64,000 bases of DNA from a virus (taxonomy: Duplodnaviria; Caudoviricetes). Shown here piece after piece: positions 47,755 through 57,983 of the stretch. The notes beneath the pieces were generated by a model. It was not told the DNA's origin, did no database searches, and worked only from the letters and a program-made list of their open reading frames with translations. Location: IMG/VR virus record IMGVR_UViG_3300031555_004297. The stretch is one strand, 5' to 3'. The stretch's first letter is position 1. Every line of letters starts with the position of its first letter. The position numbers and the translations under genes are program-made.

Positions 47755-49081
47755 ATGACTTTTGCAATCTATTTTCTTTACCAGAAACAGATGTAATACA
47801 ATCGGAAATATATGCATTATCTACATAAATTCCGATATAGGTTCCATTTCCTCTGACAAGATCATTGCTGGTAAATGTCAGGGCTTCCCAATCCATTTTA
47901 CCACGAATGTAATCTGCATCATTATAAAAAACGAATTCGCAGAATATAGATGGTGATAGTCCCTTATTAAGTGTTTCTTTAATGCAAGTTCCAATATCAC
48001 CTTCGAGTAATTCAGATAGATCGATTTCAAGTTTATGCATAATACTATCTGGATCTACATCTTCTTCATAAGTTGTACTAAGCAATAAGGGCCAACCGTA
48101 TCTATTCTCATCAGGAATGGTTGTATTCTTAAACGCATAGCAGGTAGAAACAGGACCATTCGGTTGGAACCAAGCTCCATAGACAGTTTGTAATTCATGC
48201 TTACTTTCAGAATAATAAGCATACATCTTTGGAGCTGGGAATCTTACTTCTGTTGAAAGATCAATGATAAAGTTATTAGACATCTGTCCTTCTCTTTCAC
48301 CATCGTCTGCAGATAAATCGGTTGGTCTAACATGCACATACATATTTCTAAGTCTGAGGAAGAATTCATTCTTTCCATTAAGCGCTCTATATTTATATAA
48401 GAAAGGCAAGCTACTATGCATGTTTAGCCACTTGATAAATGCAGGGATATTTTCGATAGTCTCCTCGGGCCCGTCTGCTGTATCTTTTACAAATGTTTTA
48501 AAACCATTATCTTTAGCCAATTGAATCATGAGCAAATAAGGAATGTGAAAATCCAAATCTACGTCTTCACCACAAGTAAAGCCAACCCTACACGCTAATT
48601 TAATTAGCTTATACATGTCAAGCTGTTGAGCTCTAGTTTCAAGTCTGATTCTAAAATTAAATCCCATCATTAAAGTTTCCATACCAATTCCAAGATGAGA
48701 ATTGGTATCATGACAAGAGAAGAAGGATTCTTTGAATCGTCCAGTCTGTGTATATAGATCCATTCCATATGGATAGGTATCTATATGCTCATTATTGAAA
48801 TCCCAATTAATGGTAGGCACAATAGCCAAAGATGGTTTATCACGCTTAATAAGCTGAAGCTTGTCAAGTGATCTAAAATCATCATATATATTCTTTCCTT
48901 CCACGTAAATACTCTTAAAAGTATCTTTAGGAAATTTAGATAGAAACCAACGTTTCATATATTCAATACAAAGAGAATAAGCTTGTACTGTACTTGGCAC
49001 ACAAATACTTCTATACAAGACTTTAGAATGTTTCTCTTGGAGTTCTTCAATAGAAATTGGAGTAAGGCTATTAAAGTCCAT
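47753..49081 (-). CDS. virion structural protein (neck/tail-completion-like)
   Basis: start revised to ATG 49081 (GGGAGGT SD; late promoter 49105-49116). Confidence 0.5.
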   Translation of the reverse strand: MDFNSLTPISIEELQEKHSKVLYRSICVPSTVQAYSLCIEYMKRWFLSKFPKDTFKSIYVEGKNIYDDFRSLDKLQLIKRDKPSLAIVPTINWDFNNEHIDTYPYGMDLYTQTGRFKESFFSCHDTNSHLGIGMETLMMGFNFRIRLETRAQQLDMYKLIKLACRVGFTCGEDVDLDFHIPYLLMIQLAKDNGFKTFVKDTADGPEETIENIPAFIKWLNMHSSLPFLYKYRALNGKNEFFLRLRNMYVHVRPTDLSADDGEREGQMSNNFIIDLSTEVRFPAPKMYAYYSESKHELQTVYGAWFQPNGPVSTCYAFKNTTIPDENRYGWPLLLSTTYEEDVDPDSIMHKLEIDLSELLEGDIGTCIKETLNKGLSPSIFCEFVFYNDADYIRGKMDWEALTFTSNDLVRGNGTYIGIYVDNAYISDCITSVSGKENRLQKS

Positions 49082-49183
49082 AGATCTATACCTCCCTTTT
49101 AAATTATCTTTATGTTCAAGGCATATAAATGACAAAAAATAAAGAGAAGAGCCCAAAAGTTCTTCTCTTTATTTATATATAAT

Positions 49184-49567
49184 TTACTCTTTATAAGCAA
49201 ATATCCAATAAGGATATCCTGAACTACAATTGCAACCTTGTAGAATTGCAGTAAGTTTGACCTCCTTGCCGAAATATAGATTTAAAAATCTATTAATATC
49301 TTCGGGAGATCTATTAGAGAATGATTGGCTTTCGAATTTATCTGGCCAAACCGTCGTTGCAGCTTTACCAAATGCATCTCTATTCCATTGCAATAAACGA
49401 TCGCTATAATCCATATTATCGTGATAATCGAAATCTTTAGACTTATAAATAACAAATTCGTCATAGCAATATGGATGATCTATGGGAGTTCGTTTTACAG
49501 GATGACCTTCCAAATCATAATAAATATTATATATCTGGAAATCTTCATCCAAACTTCTATAAGGCAT
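49184..49567 (-). CDS. hypothetical protein
   Basis: 127-aa ORF in a compact operon. Confidence 0.7.
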   Translation of the reverse strand: MPYRSLDEDFQIYNIYYDLEGHPVKRTPIDHPYCYDEFVIYKSKDFDYHDNMDYSDRLLQWNRDAFGKAATTVWPDKFESQSFSNRSPEDINRFLNLYFGKEVKLTAILQGCNCSSGYPYWIFAYKE

Positions 49568-49576
49568 CTATATCAC

Positions 49577-49855
49577 CTACACTTTATTTTTATCGACGCC
49601 AATAGCAGCATTCTTTTCAATACCCTGACTAGGAACTGCTAAAGGAATAGGCATAGTGTGATAGGGATTATTGCTTGGCGGATAAGGCGTATAAGGTATA
49701 TATGGTATACTAGATTGTGGTTTCAGGCAGATTGATACCCTAGCCCCAGAATCAAGGTTAATGATAATAGTACTCATATCATCAACACCATTTTCTCTCA
49801 AATGACTATCCAACTCATTGAGAGTCATATCTCTTAAGTCTTTTTTCTTTTCCAT
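49577..49855 (-). CDS. hypothetical Pro-rich protein
   Basis: 92 aa; GGAGG SD. Confidence 0.6.
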   Translation of the reverse strand: MEKKKDLRDMTLNELDSHLRENGVDDMSTIIINLDSGARVSICLKPQSSIPYIPYTPYPPSNNPYHTMPIPLAVPSQGIEKNAAIGVDKNKV

Positions 49856-49858
49856 TAT

Positions 49859-50371
49859 TTAATCCTCCGGAATTTCGAAAGTGTGGTCATTGAGTTTGTC
49901 GAAAAGATATTCGCCTTCTCCAAGAGGAATCTCAAATTTCTTATGAGACTGGAGATCGGCGATAAACTTTTCAAAGTTTGCATCAAGTTTCTTAATGAAG
50001 TCCGGAGTATTTCCTCGACCCACATATCGAGAGATATACTCTTCCTTGGCGTCAAGAGCAGGATACGAAACGGCATAGTTAATGCCAAGTTCATCGAGTT
50101 GGTTAAGAACTTCTCTATGGCCACTAATGAGGACATAAAGAAGATCCTTATAATTCTTGAGACCATCGGTCTCAAATGCAAGAGCTCTGATGGCTGAAAT
50201 ATAATTGGCAGGCCATGCAGGATGAAGCTCCTTTACTTCAGCCTTAGGATCAATCCAATGAAAATCAGATGATTCTAAGTCGATTACAATTCCTGGAAGT
50301 AGCTTTGCAGCTGTTGACTTTCCGGTTCCAGGAAATCCGGAAATGATATGAACCTTTCGTTGTGTACTCAT
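49859..50371 (-). CDS. small P-loop NTPase/nucleotide kinase-like protein
   Basis: Walker A GFPGTGKS, IDLESS and YISRYVGRGN motifs. Confidence 0.75.
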   Translation of the reverse strand: MSTQRKVHIISGFPGTGKSTAAKLLPGIVIDLESSDFHWIDPKAEVKELHPAWPANYISAIRALAFETDGLKNYKDLLYVLISGHREVLNQLDELGINYAVSYPALDAKEEYISRYVGRGNTPDFIKKLDANFEKFIADLQSHKKFEIPLGEGEYLFDKLNDHTFEIPED

Positions 50372-50386
50372 TTTGTTCTCCTTAAA

Positions 50387-50623
50387 TTATTCGACTTGGT
50401 AGATTTCTGAGCTGAGGCGAATCTCAGCATAACGAACTTCTTTTCCATTTACTATATCTTGATGCTCATTGAATTCTTGTTCTTCATCCTCTATATAGAT
50501 AAATGGTGTATCAGGACTATTTGGATTTGGCTCAATAGCAACGATTCTTCCATATCGTTCTGCATCCAAATAATCATAATACTTTACTGTCTTGCCTAAA
50601 AATTTTTTATATGGATTATACAT
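50387..50623 (-). CDS. hypothetical protein
   Basis: 78 aa; AAGGAGG SD. Confidence 0.7.
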   Translation of the reverse strand: MYNPYKKFLGKTVKYYDYLDAERYGRIVAIEPNPNSPDTPFIYIEDEEQEFNEHQDIVNGKEVRYAEIRLSSEIYQVE

Positions 50624-50641
50624 ATAAACCTCCTTGATTTA

Positions 50642-50920
50642 TTATGTATGGCTTCTCGCTTTCTTCACGGTAGGCGCCATGATAAAGGTGAGAAAAGATC
50701 CCACAATATTACCGATATTGTGAGCTACAAGCTCGATACTATTTACCCCTGTTTTAATACATGTAATGTAATCGGGAATAGAATCGAGTTCTATTCGAAG
50801 ATCGTTATATACATCTTCTGCAAATGCCAACTTGACGGTGTAAGTTCCATCGTCATTAAGGGTCCACTTTTCAGCGGATGGGATGTTTACGGATACCTTG
50901 TTTTCTTTTGTTGCTAACAT
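50642..50920 (-). CDS. hypothetical protein (fibre C-terminal domain-like)
   Basis: 92 aa; AGGAG SD; early promoter 50983-50992. Confidence 0.65.
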   Translation of the reverse strand: MLATKENKVSVNIPSAEKWTLNDDGTYTVKLAFAEDVYNDLRIELDSIPDYITCIKTGVNSIELVAHNIGNIVGSFLTFIMAPTVKKARSHT

Positions 50921-51018
50921 GATTTTGATCTCCTATCTTTTTTGTTAAATATTTGAGCATATATTAGCTGATGCTCATGATTATAATATATGCCCAAATA
51001 TTAATAGATTTACAAAGT

Positions 51019-51744
51019 TCAAAAATCATTAGCAATTGTTAATGATATCCTCACATACTCGCGATCTTTAGGAAGATCATAAGCTTCAATAAGAATATAT
51101 TCGTCCATAGGCACTATGCAGTGAATAAAGTCTTCAACCTTAGAAGTATATCTATAAGATATCTCTGTATTGATATCTACTCGAGAATGAGCAATCGTGA
51201 ATTTGCATTTACACTTCTCTAGTTTATTATCATATTCCTTTTCCCAACAATTTGGATGAGTAGGGAGGATGATATCAAAAGTTTCTACATCGCAATCATC
51301 AATATTACGACAAGGTCCATAAAATGTTTTATCAGCTTCTTGATTCTCATCAGCCTTTACATATGGAGATGCTAGTTCAAATCCAAGCTTTATATAATCA
51401 TTGATTATATTTCTAGGATCACATGCAAACCAAAGTCTTACATACTTATCATGGCAATGCATAGCAAAGAATACATCATCATTGCCAAATCCAGAAGAAA
51501 TGGGTTCATTGAACTCTATGTTATTTCCATATGAAGTTCTAATGATGCATGAACTTTCAGTTGACTCTTCTACTGGAACATCAGTATACCATGCTTTGAC
51601 AGCCTCGTTATATTCACCAAATAAAATGGTTTTACCAATATACTTATCATAAGGCCTAATCATAACCTTCTTCAATTCTAATACACTTCCGCTAAGTGTA
51701 TAAAGTACCTTTTCTTCAAATTCTGGTTTTATATTGTTCATCAT
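51019..51744 (-). CDS. hypothetical protein
   Basis: 241-aa ORF in an early-type operon. Confidence 0.7.
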   Translation of the reverse strand: MMNNIKPEFEEKVLYTLSGSVLELKKVMIRPYDKYIGKTILFGEYNEAVKAWYTDVPVEESTESSCIIRTSYGNNIEFNEPISSGFGNDDVFFAMHCHDKYVRLWFACDPRNIINDYIKLGFELASPYVKADENQEADKTFYGPCRNIDDCDVETFDIILPTHPNCWEKEYDNKLEKCKCKFTIAHSRVDINTEISYRYTSKVEDFIHCIVPMDEYILIEAYDLPKDREYVRISLTIANDF

Positions 51745-52192
51745 ATTTCATCCTTCCTTCGAATGTGATACGTGCTAAAGTATTTACAGAAGGTTTGGTT
51801 GCAACTTCAATACTTAGCATATTATGACTATAATTGCAGTGCATTCTATTAAATCGTCTTATATCAGCTTCTGTGTAAGTGATATGTAAATCATTTAAAT
51901 CTAGAATAGACATAATTGGATCAAGCTTGTAATAGATAGTGCTGCCCTGCTCAGGATAGCCATTGTCATTCCAAGCTTTGTTATTACGCTCTGGAAGCAT
52001 TACTTCTAGTGTAACATTGTCAATTCTAAAGCTATCATTAAACGTAAAAGTATAATGGCGAGGAAATATTTCACCCATACGTTTAATATTAATAAGAATT
52101 AAATTATCACTATGAAATTCAATATTGAAAAAATCGCATTCTTCACTATTCATAGCTGCAATGGCGTCTAATATACAACTTGGTATTTTCAT
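51716..52192 (-). CDS. hypothetical protein
   Basis: 158 aa; ATGA overlap with the upstream gene. Confidence 0.7.
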   Translation of the reverse strand: MKIPSCILDAIAAMNSEECDFFNIEFHSDNLILINIKRMGEIFPRHYTFTFNDSFRIDNVTLEVMLPERNNKAWNDNGYPEQGSTIYYKLDPIMSILDLNDLHITYTEADIRRFNRMHCNYSHNMLSIEVATKPSVNTLARITFEGRMKYDEQYKTRI

Positions 52193-52986
52193 TGTTGCTC
52201 CTTTCTATAGCAAATCGTAAAAGTTCCGGCTCTTGGCGGCTTCATTTCTTTAAAGCGAATACGACATATATTGCCTTTTATATTGGCCTTGCTTATCTTT
52301 ACACCATCTCTAGTAAAATAAGCATCCTCAATTATTATAGGTTCATTTGATAGAATGCTATGTATATACTCATAAACCATATAAGACTCTTTAGACGCAG
52401 CATCTGTCTCAACAAATTTATTCCAGTCTTTCCTATGAACAGTAAAAGTGTTAATCTGCAAAGGCGATTCTGTTTTCTTCATATTTGATACGAATTCTTC
52501 ATATTCCCAATCAGAAATAACTAAATTAGTATAACAATTCAATTCTAATTGTATCTGAGGAATAGTCTCTAAGCGTTCAATCTCAGTATAATCTCTTAAC
52601 TGAAGATGTATAGTAACCATTCTCCTATCATGATTATCACAATCAATTGGTTCATTTTTAATAATGCTTATAATAATATCTTTATTATAATCATCAGGAT
52701 CTTTGTATGTATCATGAAGTAAACTAATTATATCACCATATGGAGTATGTACTTCATATGATGCTTCATAAACAACACCATTATCTCTGATAGTTTTACT
52801 AGTTTTTATATCAGCAATTGCAATACTGATTTTCTTCCACTGAAGATGAGGGAGAGTAATGAGTTTCTTGCAATTAACGGAATAGCATCCATCATCCCAT
52901 AGTTTAACAGAAGATCTGTATCCAGGTTTAACTATTCCTTTAGTATTTCTTAATCTGAATAAAAGTTTGCATAAATCTGTTTTCAT
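52189..52986 (-). CDS. hypothetical protein
   Basis: 265 aa; GAGGAG SD. Confidence 0.7.
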   Translation of the reverse strand: MKTDLCKLLFRLRNTKGIVKPGYRSSVKLWDDGCYSVNCKKLITLPHLQWKKISIAIADIKTSKTIRDNGVVYEASYEVHTPYGDIISLLHDTYKDPDDYNKDIIISIIKNEPIDCDNHDRRMVTIHLQLRDYTEIERLETIPQIQLELNCYTNLVISDWEYEEFVSNMKKTESPLQINTFTVHRKDWNKFVETDAASKESYMVYEYIHSILSNEPIIIEDAYFTRDGVKISKANIKGNICRIRFKEMKPPRAGTFTICYRKEQQ

Positions 52987-52987
52987 T

Positions 52988-53641
52988 TTAATTCTCCTCG
53001 TATAATTCTTTGATCATCGCTATATCGGTTCTACACACATATCGTCTATGCCCTTCGTCTGTAATATACGATGTACCGATACTTACCGTGGCTTTCTCGA
53101 CATTATCTTCTTGAATCTTAAATGAGATATTATCCAGCTTGTATTTTCTTATAATATCTTTAATTTCGTTAAACGCAAGCTCAATATCAGCATGCGCTTT
53201 ATCTTCTTTAGAGGAAGTAGACTCATTTTTCTCCTTGCAATTATCTCTTATAAGTATAATATCAACTGCTTCAGGAATACTGTAGAATTTACCACTCGGA
53301 ATAGAGATCTTGATCTTATTAGTACCTTTAAGAATACCCATACTAAGATAACCAAGTTCTCTAGATCCATGTTTATTTATCAACATATCAGGACTAATAT
53401 GAGCTTTATCTATCCTGTCAAGATATCTCGATTCTGCAATAGTATATTTGACACCATGCATAAGATCATCTCTCCAATCAAGTTTATTGATATAGAATCT
53501 TTCTTCGACAACAGTTTCCTTTTCGTCTCTATCATCGATCATGGTGAATTCAAGCTTATCGCCTTCGTTCAAAATAATACGTTTCCCATTAGGAAGTTTC
53601 AAATCGGTCTTATAACCAATATCAAGTGCATAGCTGTTCAT
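52988..53641 (-). CDS. hypothetical protein
   Basis: 217 aa; AAGGAG SD; early promoter 53713-53722. Confidence 0.7.
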   Translation of the reverse strand: MNSYALDIGYKTDLKLPNGKRIILNEGDKLEFTMIDDRDEKETVVEERFYINKLDWRDDLMHGVKYTIAESRYLDRIDKAHISPDMLINKHGSRELGYLSMGILKGTNKIKISIPSGKFYSIPEAVDIILIRDNCKEKNESTSSKEDKAHADIELAFNEIKDIIRKYKLDNISFKIQEDNVEKATVSIGTSYITDEGHRRYVCRTDIAMIKELYEEN

Positions 53642-53782
53642 AATTTCATTCTCCTTTTATTATGATTATTAATATTAAGTAAAAGCTTCTGTATAAGCCT
53701 ACTTCTATGATTATAATATATCACTAAAATAAAAATTATAAAAAATAAAGACAGCTGGGTTTCAGCTGTCTTTATTATTAGA

Positions 53783-54193
53783 TTATTTAAGTCTAAAAGT
53801 AGTATGTTTAGTTTCTTTAGAATTCTTATCGATATTACCATTTTCATCTTCAAAAACTAAAACTACAGAAATATGGCCAAGATTATAATTTTTTCCAGAA
53901 ACACGATATCGGATTTTTCCGCCAATGCATCGACTTCCGGAAATAGCATTTAAAATATCCTGTTTTAATCCACCTATAGTTTTCTTTTCATAATTTTTAT
54001 ATTCATCTTGATCATATAGATTAATATCCGAAGGACCTTCTAATGCTGTAGATGAATCAATAAAGTATTCGCCTGTTTTAGTAGGCCCATAAACCCAAAT
54101 ATGGGAGTCTATGATTTTGTCCTCTAATACATGTCTTTTTACAGTTTCAAATACACTAATGGTTACAGGATTTGTTTTTTCTTTAGTGTTCAT
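53783..54193 (-). CDS. hypothetical protein
   Basis: 136 aa; AAGGAG SD. Confidence 0.7.
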   Translation of the reverse strand: MNTKEKTNPVTISVFETVKRHVLEDKIIDSHIWVYGPTKTGEYFIDSSTALEGPSDINLYDQDEYKNYEKKTIGGLKQDILNAISGSRCIGGKIRYRVSGKNYNLGHISVVLVFEDENGNIDKNSKETKHTTFRLK

Positions 54194-54254
54194 ATCTTTT
54201 CTCCTTTTTACTAAATAAAATTCCCTTTAGGCATAATGCCTAAAGGGATAATAG

Positions 54255-54482
54255 TTAAGCTTGAAGTGTTCTAATACGCTCAATCTGATCTGGTGTATAA
54301 TGAGCTCTACTTAATTGCACAAGAGTATTCATATTGATAATACTATCCCTCTTATGATTGTAAGAGTTATTAAACATTCCATCATTCTTAGAAATATACA
54401 TAGAATTTCTAGGATTGAATACGTATTCGGCTGCTTCTTGAAAATCTTTATTAATGATTAAAAGGATATTGAGAGTGTCACC
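54255..54482 (-). CDS. rpoC: RNA polymerase beta' N-terminal subunit, exon 2 (75 aa)
   Basis: begins GDTLNIL, completing ADFD-GD. Confidence 0.9.
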   Translation of the reverse strand, partial: GDTLNILLIINKDFQEAAEYVFNPRNSMYISKNDGMFNNSYNHKRDSIINMNTLVQLSRAHYTPDQIERIRTLQA

Positions 54483-55397
54483 CATTACCTTCACATTGAC
54501 TCGCAGCATCAATGCCGTTCTCTTACAAACTGCTGCATGTTTCCATACAGATGAGACTATATCATTCTCTGATTTCTCAGAGCGTAGCATTTCGATTTAA
54601 TAGGTCTTAATGTGTTTTCCATCACTGCCTAACCCCATTGGCTTGGGCTCTACGTCCTTACGGACTAGTCGTTGAACCAAGAATTTTAATAATTATATTC
54701 TCTCGTTATATGAGACCGAGTTTTTCTATGATAAAGTTTATATATAAAACTACCAATTGTGTTTCCACTATCAGGGAACTTAATTTGATATTCTTTATAT
54801 ACTTCTAGATATGGCACGCCATCTGCAAATTTTTGACAAATTTCTCTTGCAAAATTATCTGTATAGACGGCATTATATCTATCTTCTCCGTGCTCATATA
54901 ATCCTGTTTCCGAAGCATGGTGTTTATTCTGATTATTATTACACCATTCAAGATTATTATACCAATTCTTTGCTTTATTGCCATCAAGATGATTTACATC
55001 ATTATATTCATCTGGATTTAGATTTACAATAAACGTATAGGCAACCAATCGATGCACTGAAAAGTTTCTCGGTCCTCTAGGTGTGACTAAGCAAATTCTT
55101 TTATAGCCAGCCCAGTTTGTGTCCTGTTTCATAACACGTTGTTTCTCAATGCTATATATGTCGCCATAAGGATTTATTAAGTATCTTCCGGGTAATATAT
55201 CTTCATATACCAGAGGTACATATGAAAAATCTGGTTTCAAAGCATTAGTATAAAATATCATTGGATGAAAAGTAGTATCCATTTCATCACTCCTTTATTT
55301 TTTTATTTTCTTGGCTGCTGATTACCATTTTACAGGCTCCCAGCAATTAACTACATTTGGCATATATAGATCGCTCTATATACGGACAGTTAATTCT
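54483..55397 (-). mobile_element. group I self-splicing intron (IA-like), 915 nt
   Basis: exon 1 ends in U and the intron ends in G; core elements AATTGCTGGGA, AATCAGCAGCC, GTTCAACGACTA and ATGATATAGTCT; several GNRA hairpins. Confidence 0.93.
54686..55282 (-). CDS. intron-encoded HNH homing endonuclease (I-HmuI/NUMOD4-like)
   Basis: VHRLVAYTF...VNHLDGNKAKNWYNNLEWC...NKHHA. Confidence 0.92.
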   Translation of the reverse strand: MDTTFHPMIFYTNALKPDFSYVPLVYEDILPGRYLINPYGDIYSIEKQRVMKQDTNWAGYKRICLVTPRGPRNFSVHRLVAYTFIVNLNPDEYNDVNHLDGNKAKNWYNNLEWCNNNQNKHHASETGLYEHGEDRYNAVYTDNFAREICQKFADGVPYLEVYKEYQIKFPDSGNTIGSFIYKLYHRKTRSHITREYNY

Positions 55398-56666
55398 ATC
55401 AAAATCTGCTGCTAATCCTTCAAGGATCTGTAAGTTAAGCAACATCGTATATCCCTCAGATATGCCACTGCAATATACTTGAAGTATACCGCCATATGAG
55501 ATTGTTGGATTACGGTTGATTAACAGAGGAATCCCTCTAGGATAAGAGCTGATAATTCCCTCGATAATCTGTCTAATCATTTTATTTTCATGATGCATAG
55601 ACTCCATAAGAAGCTTATATGCATCATTATACTTCATAAAATATGACTTATGAAGTATATTAATAATTCTCTGTTGCAAAAGACCGCAGAGACAGGGATA
55701 ACTCAACCAGACCTCATCAATTCTAAGATCAGGCCCAGGAGCTATAACCGATCTAGCAGTGAAGTTATATCTACCGCCAAAGAGCTGTCTAATCGACCCC
55801 TTCTTTCCTGAGATAATCTTAGTGATTTCTCCATAAAGCTCTTTATACTTCATTTGAAGATTAAAGAGCAACTGATTCTTTGGCTTTCTAGCTCTATTCA
55901 TCTGAGTTTTATCATCATTGATTTTAGAAGCAAGATTTGCAATCATATTATAGATTGCATTTGTGCCTTCGAAATGGAATACACCGCCATCAAGACGAGA
56001 AGGTCTCAAATGAATTGTAAAAACAGGAATAGACTGAATGAATACCTTGTCCTTGTCGGCCATGATACTATCATAATAGTCTTTCTTTCCAGGCTTCTTT
56101 ACTCTATAAAATTCCATGACTTCATCAAATCTGTCATGGAAATCGATCATTCCGATTCCACGGAATGGTTCATCTTTGGGTCTTTTGATTTCTATATCAT
56201 GTCCATCTTCATCTTTTCTATCATCTGGCGTGATGATAGCCATAAAGTCTTTCTCGCCAATAAAGAAGGCAAGAGACATAAAGAGATTAGGGTGAATGAT
56301 ATAGTAAGGATCTTTGAGACAAATATAGCCAAACATGCTAAAATTGTCATCTCTGAATTGTACTTTTTCACCACAGACTTCGCAAACAAGTCCATGATAG
56401 AAACGCTGTGTTTTGTGTCCGCATTTGCAACGATATCTGTTTCCAAAAGCATTGGCATCTTGAAGGCCAGGGCCATACTTTGTAGAAAAGATTCCATTCG
56501 GATTCTTGATATCATCCTTCAATGCTTTAGGCGAATCGATGATAAATCCATTACCAGAAAGCACATCGTGCCTTCTTTCAGTATCAAGATTTACTCGTTC
56601 GAGTCTGGTTTGATATTCAAATTCATCTGAAGGATCAAATCTTGTATTTACTTTCATTTGTGGCAT
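55398..56666 (-). CDS. rpoC: RNA polymerase beta' N-terminal subunit, exon 1 (423 aa; spliced product 498 aa)
   Basis: Zn finger CKCG...CEVCG; GGRYNFTARSVIAPG and LINRNPT motifs; ends GLAADFD. Confidence 0.92.
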
Positions 56667-56727
56667 ATTATTGGCACCTCCTTATTAATAAATAGTTTTC
56701 GAGAGCATAAAAGTGTACCTTGTATGA

Positions 56728-56997
56728 CTACTCTCCTACTACTATATAGAGAAATTTCTTTCCCCATTTAATATTGATGCAATCTAGTTTGTGTAAAGAG
56801 ATACAAAGTTCTGGCTTATTTCTTTTAACCTCTCCAGTAGACTGTACAATGCCAGCTTCTTTCATAATAGCCGGGAGATATCGTGTTTCTGTAAAAAGAG
56901 TTTTCTCCTTTTCATTTTCCTCCCAATCTCTATCATCAAGAGCTATTAATCCTTTAAAGTCGCATATTGGTTTTCCTATCACTACATTCTGAAACAT
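56728..56997 (-). CDS. stand-alone S4-like RNA-binding domain protein
   Basis: LPAIMKEAGIVQSTGEVKR...IKWGKK resembles the TyrRS C-terminal S4 domain. Confidence 0.6.
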   Translation of the reverse strand: MFQNVVIGKPICDFKGLIALDDRDWEENEKEKTLFTETRYLPAIMKEAGIVQSTGEVKRNKPELCISLHKLDCINIKWGKKFLYIVVGE

Positions 56998-57008
56998 AGA
57001 GTATCTCC

Positions 57009-57518
57009 TTATTCTTCAGAAGGTTTAAACCCATTAGCTTTCCACTTATTCCAGTTTTCATTGACCATCTCAAGATGATAGTTAATTAACCCAACTGCTT
57101 TATCAGCAATATAATTATAGACTTTTATAATCATATCCTTATCTCCATAATCCATATTGATAAGACGATTATAAACAAATTCTTGATATTTATCATTAAA
57201 TGCAAATTCTTCAGCAACTTCGTCAAAACAAGACATATCAATCTTATCGCCATTTGCTGTAAGCTTAATAATGTCTTCAATATTGATATATGCGACTACT
57301 GGATTATCTACTTCCATATTACAATAAGGACCACCAATAGGCATCAAAGAAAGGGTGATATTAAATTCCTTTGTAATCTTTTCTGTTATTGCAGCAATAT
57401 ACAAAGCATTGGTGTTTCCAACACCAGCAATATCACCAAATGAAAATGTTTTTACAACAATTTTATTAGTTCGAGGATCTCTATAAATACTTTGATAAAA
57501 ATCATTCTTTTTGTTCAT
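57009..57518 (-). CDS. hypothetical protein
   Basis: start revised to ATG 57518 after GAGGAGG. Confidence 0.7.
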   Translation of the reverse strand: MNKKNDFYQSIYRDPRTNKIVVKTFSFGDIAGVGNTNALYIAAITEKITKEFNITLSLMPIGGPYCNMEVDNPVVAYINIEDIIKLTANGDKIDMSCFDEVAEEFAFNDKYQEFVYNRLINMDYGDKDMIIKVYNYIADKAVGLINYHLEMVNENWNKWKANGFKPSEE

Positions 57519-57849
57519 TCTTAGCCTCCTCAGCCTCTGCAATTGCTCTCTCAGCAATCTCAATATCAGCTTGCTCCATAGAAAGAACTCCAGCCAAAGA
57601 TCCGATAACTTTATCTACAACTTTGTCTGCCTGATGGAGAAGCACATTCTTTACAACCTGACCTGCACCGGAGAAAGTTCCCTTGAGTCTATCTGCACCC
57701 TCGATCACTTTCTCCACAGGTCGCACGTTTTCATACTTTTGATCATTTTCAGTAAGATAATGCAACAGTGCTGCATCATTCTCTTGGTCGAAATCCCTAT
57801 TCAACTGAATAAGGCCTCTTCTGCTCAAATCTTCATAACTTTTGCTCAT
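57502..57849 (-). CDS. hypothetical protein
   Basis: 115 aa; AAGGAG SD; early promoter 57957-57966. Confidence 0.7.
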   Translation of the reverse strand: MSKSYEDLSRRGLIQLNRDFDQENDAALLHYLTENDQKYENVRPVEKVIEGADRLKGTFSGAGQVVKNVLLHQADKVVDKVIGSLAGVLSMEQADIEIAERAIAEAEEAKNEQKE

Positions 57850-57983
57850 TTTTGTTTTCTCCTTTTAATAAAAATAAATTTAGTTTCATAAATTCTTGAA
57901 ACGAAAGCTCCGCCTACTAATTTTCAGCAGAGCTTTCGACCTTTCAAGTCATAAATATAATATATGACTCTAAGGATTTTTAA

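Noticed and set aside
53638-53853. 71-aa minus-strand ORF (likewise 35290-35553 and 41106-41330)
   Set aside because: They span promoters or terminators, lack an SD and have low-complexity AT-driven composition
54483-54590. N-terminal 36 aa of ORF 54255-54590 (and last 16 aa of ORF 55347-56666)
   Set aside because: Both are intron sequence. An intein or simple frameshift is excluded by the stop codons and the group I core motifs.
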